DNA from: a virus
DNA length: 64,000 nt
Direction: 5' to 3' (one strand)
Virus record (IMG/VR): IMGVR_UViG_3300032315_001657
Coordinates: 11,109 to 75,108 of that record
In this document: piece by piece, positions 37,355 to 47,152 of the stretch
Numbering within the stretch: the stretch's first letter is position 1
Layout: the number at the start of each line of letters is the position of its first letter
The notes under the pieces: generated by a model
What the model was told of the DNA's origin: nothing
The model's database searches: none
Seen by the model: only the letters and a program-made list of their open reading frames with translations
Translations under genes and position numbers: made by a program

Positions 37355-38151
37355 ACGTGCTTATTACAGGTGGCAACGGGTTTATAGCAAAAAATATAAA
37401 AAACAGTTTAAAAAGTTTTTTTGATATAGATACCATTTCAAGACAAGATTTTAATTTATTAGATACTAATAAAGTTAATGATTTTTTTAAAAATAAATTT
37501 TATGATGTAATTATTCACACTGCTATCGCAGGGGGTAGTAGGCTAAAAGAAGACAACCCTTCAATAGTGTATGAAAATACTTTAATGTTGTATAATATTT
37601 TAGACAATAAAAGTAGTTATAGAAGATTAATAAATTTAGGATCAGGAGCTGAACTAACTTATCCTAAAACCCCTTACGGTATGAGCAAAAATATAATCTC
37701 TAATACTATAAAACCTTTAAAAGAACATTACAATTTACGTATATTTGCTGTTTTTAGTGAAAATGAACTAAACACTAGATTTATTAAATCAAATATTTTA
37801 AGATATTTAAATAAAAAAAATTTAATTATACATCAAAATAAATTTATGGATTTTTTTAGTTTAAATGACTTTATAAAGGTTATAAAAATGTATATCACCG
37901 CAGAGACTATACATCTGGACAAAACATTTGACTGCTGTTATAATAAAAAATACTCGTTATTAGATATTGCTAATATTATTAATAGTTTAGATGATTATAA
38001 GGTTAATATAAATATTTTAAACAGCTTGACTACAGGCTCGAGCTACACGGGAAATAAACCTACAAAGTGTAATTTAAAGTACTATGGTTTAGAAAGTAGT
38101 ATAAGAAAGGTTTTTAAAGCTCTTAAAAAAAACAAACTACAAATTAGTTAG
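37351..38151 (+). CDS. NAD-dependent epimerase/reductase (SDR)
   Basis: TGGNGFIA, GSGAE, YGMSK. Confidence 0.85.
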   Translation: MNVLITGGNGFIAKNIKNSLKSFFDIDTISRQDFNLLDTNKVNDFFKNKFYDVIIHTAIAGGSRLKEDNPSIVYENTLMLYNILDNKSSYRRLINLGSGAELTYPKTPYGMSKNIISNTIKPLKEHYNLRIFAVFSENELNTRFIKSNILRYLNKKNLIIHQNKFMDFFSLNDFIKVIKMYITAETIHLDKTFDCCYNKKYSLLDIANIINSLDDYKVNINILNSLTTGSSYTGNKPTKCNLKYYGLESSIRKVFKALKKNKLQIS

Positions 38152-38198
38152 CTTTATTAAAGTAGATATTTTTTAACTTTTTATTATAATCAATAGTA

Positions 38199-39995
38199 GT
38201 GCGTTTAGTAAATTTTAAATCTCTTACGATCAAGAACTTTCTCTCTGTTGGAGAAACACCAGTAACTATTAATTTCCAAACCGGGGTTAACGTTATTACA
38301 GGTATTAATTACGACAAAGAAGACTCTAAGAACGGTGTCGGTAAATCTACCATAGCAGATGCACTTTACTTTTCGTTGTTTGGAACAACTATTAGAGATT
38401 TACCTAAAGACTTAATAGTCAATTCTTTTACTAAGAAAAAATGTGAGGTAATTTTAGACTTCGATATTGAAAACGGTAACGGCTTATCTCAGTATCGTAT
38501 CATAAGGACTATTAATCCTACTAAATGTCATATGACAAAGAACGGGGAGGATATAACCCGTTCTACTATGGCTAAGACAAACGAGTTTATTCAAAGACTT
38601 GTTATGTCCAATGGTAAGATTTTTCAAAACTCTGTCATAATGACTATTAATACAACTGTACCTTTTATGGCACAGTCTAAGATCGATAAGAGAAAGTTTA
38701 TCGAGAGTATTCTTAGTCTTGAAGTCTTTTCAGATATGCTTTCAAAAGCTAGAGAAGAGCATAACATACTTAAAAAAGATTATGAAGTGTTATTTACTAA
38801 GGTAGAAGGTATTGAAAAAGGTTACAAATTTAATAAAGAGCAACTTGATGCTTTTGAAGAAACAAAAAAATTAAAGATCGAAACTTTAACAAAACGTATT
38901 GAAGAGAGTAAAGCTAAAATTGAAGATCTTAAAAAGAGTATTAAAGTTCTTCCTAATGATGTTATAGAAAAACTCGACATTAAACTTCAGCAATGCAATG
39001 AAGAACTACAAGAATCACAAAAACTTTATAAAATTGCCTATCAGGTTTTAGCTGATGTTAAAAGTAAAATTAGTCATATTGAAGATCAGTTAAAAGAAAT
39101 TGAAAAAGTTGGTGCTATTTGTACAACTTGTAAGAGAGCATACTCTGACGATGATCTCAAACATAAAGAATCTAATAAAAAAGAACTTAACAATAAATTA
39201 AAAGTTCTAACAAAAGAACTTAATACTGCTCAAAAGACTCTTGATGAAGTAAATGCCTTTCAGGTTAAAAAAGAAAAAGAAATAAAGGATATTCAAGATA
39301 ATAAAAATATTGTAAAAGATATCTTAAACAATAATAAAAATACTGAAACTAAGATCGGGCTTATTAACGAAAATATTCAAGAACTCTTAAAAGAAATTGA
39401 AGAGGTTAAAGGACAGACAAATGAAGCTTTAGAGAATGTTGTAAAAGAGCTCGAACAAAAGCTTAAAACTGGAAAAGTTGATTTAGAAAAATTAGATCAT
39501 GAATGTAATGTTCTCGAATGTGTTAAGTTTGTAGTATCTGAAGAGGGTGTTAAGTCATACATTGTTAAAAAGATCTTAGCTGTCTTAAACGGAAGAATGG
39601 CATACTACCTCGAGAAACTTCATGCTAACTGTTTGTGTCAATTCGATGAGTTCTTTGACGAACAGATTACAGATGAAAAAGCAGAACATAAATCCTATTT
39701 TAACTTCTCTGGCGGAGAGCGTAAGAGAATTGATTTAGCTTGTCTGTTCTCATTCTTAGATATTCGTAGAATGCAAGGAGATGTGCACTTCTCAACTATC
39801 TTCTATGATGAGCTTTTAGATTCTTCTTTAGATGATAAAGGGGTAGAACTAGTTTTAGACGTTCTCCGGGAAAGAGCTTTAAAGCATAACGAAAACTGTT
39901 ATATTATTACTCATCGAGGTACTACTATTACAGAGAAAATTGATAATACAATATTTCTGGAAAAACGTAACAATTTTACATATTTATTACCATAA
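38199..39995 (+). CDS. Recombination ATPase subunit (gp46, Rad50/SbcC-like)
   Basis: KNFLSVG, NGVGKST, coiled coil with CTTC hook, FSGGE, YDELLDSSLD, ITH. Confidence 0.93.
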   Translation: MRLVNFKSLTIKNFLSVGETPVTINFQTGVNVITGINYDKEDSKNGVGKSTIADALYFSLFGTTIRDLPKDLIVNSFTKKKCEVILDFDIENGNGLSQYRIIRTINPTKCHMTKNGEDITRSTMAKTNEFIQRLVMSNGKIFQNSVIMTINTTVPFMAQSKIDKRKFIESILSLEVFSDMLSKAREEHNILKKDYEVLFTKVEGIEKGYKFNKEQLDAFEETKKLKIETLTKRIEESKAKIEDLKKSIKVLPNDVIEKLDIKLQQCNEELQESQKLYKIAYQVLADVKSKISHIEDQLKEIEKVGAICTTCKRAYSDDDLKHKESNKKELNNKLKVLTKELNTAQKTLDEVNAFQVKKEKEIKDIQDNKNIVKDILNNNKNTETKIGLINENIQELLKEIEEVKGQTNEALENVVKELEQKLKTGKVDLEKLDHECNVLECVKFVVSEEGVKSYIVKKILAVLNGRMAYYLEKLHANCLCQFDEFFDEQITDEKAEHKSYFNFSGGERKRIDLACLFSFLDIRRMQGDVHFSTIFYDELLDSSLDDKGVELVLDVLRERALKHNENCYIITHRGTTITEKIDNTIFLEKRNNFTYLLP

Positions 39996-39999
39996 CCTT

Positions 40000-41259
40000 A
40001 TGTCTCAATTTGTAATTCAGCAATCCGGTCTATCCAATATTATGGGCGCACCCATTGGACTACCCCCTTTTATACCCTCTACCACTCAAGTACTTCATGC
40101 TAGACCTAATGGAGATTTACCACCACCTGAAATACCAGGGGAAGGTTTGTCAAGAGCTATAAATTACCTTGCTGATTATGGTGGATGTTCTTGGTACCGT
40201 TGCATGGCTCCAAACCTAATGCTTAATCTCTACCAAAAAGCAGTTCTTTTAGAACTAACTACAATGGTGCTTGATCCGAGATTTTATAATGGAGTGAAGG
40301 CAGTTAAAATTCAGCGTCAGGCAACACCCATTCAAAGAGACTTTGTTAAGATGCTTAAAGAGATTTCTCGTCAAATGCCTGATGGAGGATTCAAACTTAT
40401 CTATGAAATTGACGATATTGTTTTTAGAGAAGATATTCCTGACTTTAATAGAAACAAAGATGCTTTTGTTGCAGATGAAATTCGTAACTCGATCTTAGAG
40501 ATTCTTGATATGTGTGATGAAGTCACAGTAACTTGTGAGTTCATGAAGGATTATTTTGACGAAAAAATGGGAATTAAAAAATCAACCGTGATACCTAACT
40601 ACCTTCTTAAATGGTGGTTTGACCGGTATTACAATCTTGGAGAATTGGTTAAAAATTTCGAAAAAAATAAAAAGAAACCTGTTGTATCTATTTTTGCTTC
40701 AGGCACTCACGTTGATGTTACAAACAGAACTGGACAGAAGGACGACTTTGAAATGGTAGTACCTGCTATTATTAAGACGAGAAAAGACTTTAGGTGGAAG
40801 TTCTACGGAAGTTACCCACTGCCCTTAAAACCTTTTATTGATCGAGGTGAGATGGAGTTTCATCAGTGGGCTCCATTGCCCGAGTTTCCAGCTACTATGG
40901 CTGAATCTGGTACTCAATTAACTTTTGCAGCTCTTCAGGACAACAACTTTAACCGTGCTAAAAGTAATATTAAGTTGCTTGAAGCCGCCGCACTAGGTAT
41001 TCCTTGTGTGTGCCCAGATATGTGTACATACAAGGATGCCTTCTTAAAATATTCTAATGCTAACGAGTTTATTGATTGTATTAAAACTGCTACTAAGAAT
41101 CAGTCTGTTTATGCTGATCTTTGTAAAAAGTCTCGCGCATATGCCGATAACTTCTGGTTAGAAGACGAAAAGAATCTCATGAAGCATCATGAGGCATATT
41201 TTACCCCGTTTGGTTCCCCTGATCGTAAGTATTTGCTTGAGACTAACCCAAAACCATAA
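40000..41259 (+). CDS. GT-B fold glycosyltransferase
   Basis: GCSWYR, YEIDD, FNRAKSNIKLLEAAALGIP. Confidence 0.75.
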   Translation: MSQFVIQQSGLSNIMGAPIGLPPFIPSTTQVLHARPNGDLPPPEIPGEGLSRAINYLADYGGCSWYRCMAPNLMLNLYQKAVLLELTTMVLDPRFYNGVKAVKIQRQATPIQRDFVKMLKEISRQMPDGGFKLIYEIDDIVFREDIPDFNRNKDAFVADEIRNSILEILDMCDEVTVTCEFMKDYFDEKMGIKKSTVIPNYLLKWWFDRYYNLGELVKNFEKNKKKPVVSIFASGTHVDVTNRTGQKDDFEMVVPAIIKTRKDFRWKFYGSYPLPLKPFIDRGEMEFHQWAPLPEFPATMAESGTQLTFAALQDNNFNRAKSNIKLLEAAALGIPCVCPDMCTYKDAFLKYSNANEFIDCIKTATKNQSVYADLCKKSRAYADNFWLEDEKNLMKHHEAYFTPFGSPDRKYLLETNPKP

Positions 41260-41273
41260 TACAATAGGTCTTA

Positions 41274-43820
41274 GTGTATAGGAACGCATCATACAACCCT
41301 CGAGAAGGAACTGTCTTCTTACGGACATGGACTGAAGATGGAGATAGAATCGATACCGATGTCCCCTTCACTCCCTATCTCTTTACAGAGCATAAGGACT
41401 CTAAAGACGCTACATCTATCTTCAAGACACCTCTTAAGAAGCATTATTTCAAAAATACCTTTGAACGTTCTAAGTTCGTTCAAGAAACTAAGAATCCGAG
41501 ACTATTTGGTAATCTATCTGTAGACCAGCAATTCTTAGTTGATCAGTTTAAGGAAGATGTACATAAACCTGAATTTAGTCAATTCCCTCTTAAAGTATTC
41601 TTTATTGATATTGAGACCTACTCTCCAGGTGCCTTCCCTATACCGAAGTACGCTAAAGACCCAGTTAATCTTATAACAGTACTAGACACACTTAGCGGTA
41701 AAATACATACTTGGGGTCTAAGACAGGACTATAAACCTAAGCTTGACAATGTCACATATTATTGTTGTAAGACAGAAGGAGAGCTATTTGAGAGGTTTGT
41801 TAATTTCTGGAAAAAAGACCCTCCTGATATTTTAACAGGTTGGAATACTGAGCAGTTTGACATTCCCTATATTATTAACCGTGCTAAGAACTTACTTGGA
41901 GAAGACTTTATTAAACAGCTCTCTCCAGTAGGTCAGGTACATTATAGAGAGAACTTCGCTAAGTTTGGTAAAGAGATGGGTAGGTGGTATATTTCTGGTG
42001 TTAGCTGTTTAGATTACATGGAAATTTACAAGACATATTCTAAGGGTGATAGAGAGTCTTTCTCTCTTAACTATATTTGTGAATACGAGCTTGGTGAAGG
42101 TAAACTTGCTATTAATGCTACAAACCTTTCTTCCCTATCTGAAACAGACTGGGAAAACTTTGTAGATTATAATATTCAAGACGTTGATCTACTTCGTAAG
42201 TTAGAAGAGAAGCTAAACTACTTAAAAATTATTCGTTTGTTGTCTTATAAGGGGTGTACTAACTTCGAAAGAGCATTAGGAAAGGTATCTATTGTAACTG
42301 GCGCTATGACTCTCCAGGCACAAAAGCAGGGATATGTTATACCTACCTTTAAAAACGAAACTACTAGGGAATCTTTAGAAGGGGGTTATGTAAGAGAGCC
42401 TGAAAGAGGTCTAAAGGAAGCTATTGTATCCTTTGACGTTAACTCTCTATACCCTAATACCATTATTACTCTTAATATTGGATCTGAGACTAAGCTTGGT
42501 AAAATTGTTACTGGAGACCCTGAGTACGATAAAGAGGTTGAAATTAAACTCGAGTCTGGTGGTATGTTTAAAGTAACTACTGCTAAACTGAAGAAGTTCT
42601 TGACTGATGAAAACGTGGCTCTATCAAAGGCTGGTGTTTTATATTCTCAAAAGTTTAAAGGGGTTTGTCCGAATCTAATTAATAGTATTTACGATGAGCG
42701 AGTTTATGCTCGTAATGAAATGCTTAAACTAAAAAAGACAAAGCAGAAGGATAAAGATACCACTAGTAAGATTCAGTACTTTGATACCCTTCAATACACG
42801 TTAAAGATTCTTCTCAACTCCATCTACGGTACGTTTGCTAATAAGCACTCGGCCTTTATGGATATTGATAACGCTTCATCTATTACCCTAACGGGTCAAG
42901 CAGTTGCTAAAGCGGGCGGAGCTATTATTAATGCTTGGGCTAAAGATAAGTTTGGAGTTACTGAGTCTCTTATCTTAGCAGGAGATACTGACTCTCTATA
43001 TACAACAATTCAACCTATTCTCAATAAACTTAAACTACCACTTGTTAAGGACGGCAATATTACAACCGAAGTCCATAAGATCGTAGATGCGATGGAAAAG
43101 CATCTCAATACTGAGATTATTAACTGGGCTAAGGCTGATCTTAATTCTGCTGATCCTCGCTTTGTTTTTAAACGAGAAGCTATTGCTGATGTAGGTTCGT
43201 TCTTAATGAAGAAGCGTTATATTCTTCATATTTTGGATGAAGAAGGGGTTCCTACTAATAAGTTTAAATATGTAGGCGTTGAACTGGCTCGTTCAACAAC
43301 CCCTAAGGAAGTTAAGGCCTTGATTAAGAAAACCATTGATACAGCGTTCTTAACCAAAGATGTTAAAAAGACTAACGAAGTCTTTCGAGAAGCTTACGAT
43401 CACTTTAAAACTCTTGATATCTCTGAAGCGGCCTTTCGTAAAGCTGCTAAAGAGCTTGAGAAGTATTCTGCAGATGCCTCTTTACATAAATTTAATAAAG
43501 GCACACCCTGCCATGTTAAAGCTGCTTTGGCTTACAACTTTCTTCTCGAGAAAATGAATATACAGAAAAGATATGAGAAGATTACTTCCGGACAAAAAAT
43601 TAAGTTCTTCTATGCAATGAAAAACCCTTATGGTTTAGATGCCGTAGGGTTTAGTAGTGAGTATCCGAAGGAGTTTCACGAGATTAAGATTGACTATGAC
43701 AAGATGTTTGGTAAGATTGTTGTGCCACCTATTGAAGCAGTTTATGATGCAATTGGATGGAGGATACCTCAGATTGGTAAAGAGGTTCAAACAGATTTAT
43801 TTGATTTATTTGGAGACTAA
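41274..43820 (+). CDS. Family B DNA polymerase (gp43)
   Basis: Exo DIET, GWN..FDIPY, YNIQD; pol SFDVNSLYP, KILLNSIYG, GDTDS. Confidence 0.97.
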   Translation: MYRNASYNPREGTVFLRTWTEDGDRIDTDVPFTPYLFTEHKDSKDATSIFKTPLKKHYFKNTFERSKFVQETKNPRLFGNLSVDQQFLVDQFKEDVHKPEFSQFPLKVFFIDIETYSPGAFPIPKYAKDPVNLITVLDTLSGKIHTWGLRQDYKPKLDNVTYYCCKTEGELFERFVNFWKKDPPDILTGWNTEQFDIPYIINRAKNLLGEDFIKQLSPVGQVHYRENFAKFGKEMGRWYISGVSCLDYMEIYKTYSKGDRESFSLNYICEYELGEGKLAINATNLSSLSETDWENFVDYNIQDVDLLRKLEEKLNYLKIIRLLSYKGCTNFERALGKVSIVTGAMTLQAQKQGYVIPTFKNETTRESLEGGYVREPERGLKEAIVSFDVNSLYPNTIITLNIGSETKLGKIVTGDPEYDKEVEIKLESGGMFKVTTAKLKKFLTDENVALSKAGVLYSQKFKGVCPNLINSIYDERVYARNEMLKLKKTKQKDKDTTSKIQYFDTLQYTLKILLNSIYGTFANKHSAFMDIDNASSITLTGQAVAKAGGAIINAWAKDKFGVTESLILAGDTDSLYTTIQPILNKLKLPLVKDGNITTEVHKIVDAMEKHLNTEIINWAKADLNSADPRFVFKREAIADVGSFLMKKRYILHILDEEGVPTNKFKYVGVELARSTTPKEVKALIKKTIDTAFLTKDVKKTNEVFREAYDHFKTLDISEAAFRKAAKELEKYSADASLHKFNKGTPCHVKAALAYNFLLEKMNIQKRYEKITSGQKIKFFYAMKNPYGLDAVGFSSEYPKEFHEIKIDYDKMFGKIVVPPIEAVYDAIGWRIPQIGKEVQTDLFDLFGD

Positions 43821-43835
43821 TTTATACTTTTAACC

Positions 43836-44666
43836 ATGCTTATTTCACATGAAACGCCTGTCTCGTTGTTGCCTTATTCCTGGGGATACAATGATTATGA
43901 TTACTGCTTAGTACATTTGTTACCCGAGAATCAAAAGTACAAAGATTTCTACTTTAAGTCTGTAGAGTATGGACGTAGAGTTCTACTTGATAATTCTATC
44001 TTTGAATTAGGTACATCCTTTGACCCTGAGCAATTTGCTTACTGGGTTAAAGAGCTTAAACCCTTTGAGTATGTTATACCTGATGTCTTAGAAGATACTG
44101 AAGGTACTTGTGTATCTATGGATAACTTCCTATCGAAGTATTCTGATCTCCCTGGTCGTAAGATTGGGGTGGTGCAGGGTAAAACTTATCAAGAACTTAT
44201 CGATTGCTATGATTATATTGCACCAAAGGTAGACAAAGTAGCTATCTCGTTTGATTATTCTTATTATCTTGAGAATTGTGATTGGTCGCAAATTAATGTA
44301 CCTGGCTTTGTTAAGGGACAAGAAGAAAACAAATGGCTCAAATATGCCGTAGGAAGAGTTCAACTACTGGATAATCTTTATGATGATGATGTACTTGATG
44401 TAAATAAACCTCACCATTTACTTGGTGCCTCTCTACCTTGGGAATTTGCTCTTTATTCTGAAAACTTCTTATCTGAGTATATTGAAACAATTGATACATC
44501 AAACCCGATTGTAGCAGGTATTTTAGGAAAGAAATATGAACCTGAGTTTGGTTTATCGGAAAAGTGGTCAGTAAAGCTTGTTGACTTTATTGATGCTGAA
44601 TTAACTGAGCAGCAAATTACTAATTCGTTTTGGAACATTACTCAATTTAAAAAGCTATGTCGATAA
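43836..44666 (+). CDS. TGT-fold 7-deazaguanine transglycosylase-like protein (DpdA-like)
   Basis: LLDNSIFE, IPDV, GVVQG, HHLLG, IDTSNP parallel TGT motifs (DSG, VQG, HLLG, D); next to queF. Confidence 0.7.
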   Translation: MLISHETPVSLLPYSWGYNDYDYCLVHLLPENQKYKDFYFKSVEYGRRVLLDNSIFELGTSFDPEQFAYWVKELKPFEYVIPDVLEDTEGTCVSMDNFLSKYSDLPGRKIGVVQGKTYQELIDCYDYIAPKVDKVAISFDYSYYLENCDWSQINVPGFVKGQEENKWLKYAVGRVQLLDNLYDDDVLDVNKPHHLLGASLPWEFALYSENFLSEYIETIDTSNPIVAGILGKKYEPEFGLSEKWSVKLVDFIDAELTEQQITNSFWNITQFKKLCR

Positions 44667-45205
44667 AAAAGCCCTGGGTTACTTTATTTTCTCAGACAGG
44701 TTCCGAAATTTACAAGATATCTAAAAAACTTGAACGAGTTCCTGATATTATTGTAACTAATAAACCAAAAGATAAAATTCTTGAAATTAACCCTAACCTA
44801 TCTGAAGAGTATCTAGATAGGTTTGTATGGTTACCTAAAAAACCAACTGTAGAAGATTACAAACATGCTATTCCAGAAAGAGCTTTAGTGACCCTTCACG
44901 GATGGTTAAGAATTATACCGCCTGAAGTATGTGGGCTGTTTGAGATTTATAATTTACACCCAGCGCCTATACATCTTGAAGGTTATGAAAAATACAAAGG
45001 AAAAGATCCTCAAGTCAGAATCTTCGAAGATAAAGCAAAGTATTCTGGAAACGTAATTCATGAATGTATCCCGGAATTAGATGCCGGAAAAATATTAGCT
45101 AAAAATCAGTTTGATGTATCTGGCTTTGATTTAGATATGGTGTTTAAATTAACTCATGCAAAAGCTTCTGAACTTTGGAGTAGCTTTTTAAAGGATAGAG
45201 TTTAA
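44657..45205 (+). CDS. PurN-like formyltransferase (candidate preQ1 formyltransferase, DpdN-like)
   Basis: FSQTGSE, LHGWLRII, YNLHPA, HECIPELDAGKI align with PurN motifs. Confidence 0.75.
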   Translation: MSIKKPWVTLFSQTGSEIYKISKKLERVPDIIVTNKPKDKILEINPNLSEEYLDRFVWLPKKPTVEDYKHAIPERALVTLHGWLRIIPPEVCGLFEIYNLHPAPIHLEGYEKYKGKDPQVRIFEDKAKYSGNVIHECIPELDAGKILAKNQFDVSGFDLDMVFKLTHAKASELWSSFLKDRV

Positions 45206-45217
45206 TATTAAGAAGTC

Positions 45218-45763
45218 ATGAGAGTTTCATTCACAGGTGCTCAGAGTACTGGTAAGACTACTTTACTCAACAAGTGTAAAGAAGTATACAAAGACTATAA
45301 ATTTGTTGATGAGGTAACACGTTATGTTCGTAAGACGTATGATGTTAAGATTAATGAGATTGGTGGAACTGAAACTCAACTGTATATTTTAGCAGAACAT
45401 ATTAAGAATCATTTAAAGCCAGATGAAAATTTGATACTTGATCGTTGTATATTAGATGGCTATGTTTATACAAAATATCAGGTAGAGAATAGAAAAGTTT
45501 CAGAACAAGTCTTACAGGCTTTTAATGGAGTATTTGCTGTTTTAATTGATAAGTTGGATTATATTTTTTATACTGATCCATCTGATGTAAAATTAGTTGA
45601 TGATGGTGAACGTTCAGTGGATTATAATTTTAGATGCGATATAATTGATATATTTGAAGATCTTATTTCGTATAAGATGTCTCCGAAGAATAGAGAGAAA
45701 GTAGTTCGTCTCAGCGGTACTGTAGAAGAAAGAATGAAAACTATAGAAAAATATTTAAAATAA
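45218..45763 (+). CDS. P-loop nucleotide kinase (AAA_28 / dNMP-kinase-like)
   Basis: GAQSTGKTT, LDRCILD, DDGER, GTVEER. Confidence 0.75.
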   Translation: MRVSFTGAQSTGKTTLLNKCKEVYKDYKFVDEVTRYVRKTYDVKINEIGGTETQLYILAEHIKNHLKPDENLILDRCILDGYVYTKYQVENRKVSEQVLQAFNGVFAVLIDKLDYIFYTDPSDVKLVDDGERSVDYNFRCDIIDIFEDLISYKMSPKNREKVVRLSGTVEERMKTIEKYLK

Positions 45764-46707
45764 TGAATACAAACCTAAATGATATTGCCTCTAAGACCTT
45801 AGGGTCTTCAGCCTCATACGCCATCTATACAGACCGTTATGATGCTTCACTTCTTAACCCAATGCCTCGAAAGCTAGCTCGCGAAGGATGGGGTATTAAA
45901 GGAGATGAATTTGTAGGCTGGGATACATGGCACTGTCATGAAGCAACCTTTCTTCTTGATAATGGTGCACCAGTTGCTGGAACATTAAAGTATGTTTACT
46001 CTTCTGATTCAAAGTATATGGTAGAATCTAAGTCTGCTAAACTATATCTTAATACTTTTGATATGTGTAAGATGGGCCAAACTATAGATACAGCAATTCA
46101 AAATTACGAACTACAAGTTAAAGCAGATTTAGAAAAAGTTTTAGAAACAGAAGTATCTGTTAAATTCTTTAAGTCGGGTGAAGACTCCCAAGGCATCTTC
46201 CCTATGTCAGGGTATATTGACCTTCAAGGGTTCTTAGATAAGAGTTTAGAAGATTTAGAAATTACAGACTACAGTGCTGAACGTAATCATTTAGAGTTTG
46301 AAAAAGTAAATTTTGCAGGTATTGGTTATAGTGCAAAAGATAATAAAAAGATTTATGTTAATAAGTTCTTTACAAATGCTTTAAGATCTCGCTGCAGACA
46401 CACTAAACAAAAAGATACGGGTACAGCTTTTATCTCTGTTAATACTCTCGATTGCACACTTATTCCGTCGTCTCTATTTAAACAGATTGTATCCTTAAGA
46501 GAGATTAATGAATTCCATGAGTTCTGTGCTGAAAAACTTTATACAGAAATTATGAAATACCCTGAGGTTGAGTCCTGTTGTGTAACGTTACTTTACGCAC
46601 GTAGAGGCTCTCTTGATATTAATCCTTGCAGGGCAACTACTCTTAATATGCTACCACCAGTACTTATCAATCCGAAATACTATACTAATAAGGCAATGGG
46701 ACAGTAG
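45763..46707 (+). CDS. queF: NADPH-dependent preQ0 reductase, bimodular type
   Basis: VESKSAKLYLN, RSRCRHTKQKDTG (catalytic Cys/Asp), FHEFCAE, YARRGSLDINP. Confidence 0.92.
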   Translation: MNTNLNDIASKTLGSSASYAIYTDRYDASLLNPMPRKLAREGWGIKGDEFVGWDTWHCHEATFLLDNGAPVAGTLKYVYSSDSKYMVESKSAKLYLNTFDMCKMGQTIDTAIQNYELQVKADLEKVLETEVSVKFFKSGEDSQGIFPMSGYIDLQGFLDKSLEDLEITDYSAERNHLEFEKVNFAGIGYSAKDNKKIYVNKFFTNALRSRCRHTKQKDTGTAFISVNTLDCTLIPSSLFKQIVSLREINEFHEFCAEKLYTEIMKYPEVESCCVTLLYARRGSLDINPCRATTLNMLPPVLINPKYYTNKAMGQ

Positions 46708-46739
46708 ATTTTTGAATTCGTTTTGATTTAATATAATTT

Positions 46740-47114
46740 ATGAGTAATACAGAAAACAAAATTGTGGTGTTCTTCGATTCCGTCGGTAGAACAATCCTTG
46801 GTGAAAGACTAGAAGACAAGACAACAAACGAGGTTCTCACTATTAAGAACCCTGCTGTTGTTCATATTATGCCTAACCAACAAAGCGGGCAATTGCAGCT
46901 TCAAATTCTTCCTTTATTCTTTAAAGAGTTTTTAGCTGATAAAGATACTGGTACGGTTTGGAATTACAGCCGAGCTAATATTACTGAAGCTGTGGATGTA
47001 ACATTTGATTTCAAACTAGAAGCACAATACCGTCAGATCTTTGCAGCAGGTCCAGCACCAGCTCCTCAACAACCACAAGGCTCACCTGAAGTAATAAAGT
47101 TGTTTGATGATTGA
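46740..47114 (+). CDS. Hypothetical protein (Sm-like fold possible)
   Basis: GRTILGE...LTIKNPAVV pattern. Confidence 0.55.
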   Translation: MSNTENKIVVFFDSVGRTILGERLEDKTTNEVLTIKNPAVVHIMPNQQSGQLQLQILPLFFKEFLADKDTGTVWNYSRANITEAVDVTFDFKLEAQYRQIFAAGPAPAPQQPQGSPEVIKLFDD

Positions 47115-47152
47115 TAGGTTGCATTACCGTAAGGTTCCTGCACAATAGATAT

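Noticed and set aside
42975-43000. AGDTDS instead of YGDTDS as an adaptation to modified dNTPs
   Set aside because: T4 gp43 itself has AGDTDS, so it is not diagnostic.
43836-46707. tRNA queuosine pathway for the phage Tyr/Asn tRNAs
   Set aside because: No queA/queG/queH in the window; the TGT-like protein lacks the Zn-binding motif of tRNA TGT and is linked to the DNA polymerase. Not fully excluded.
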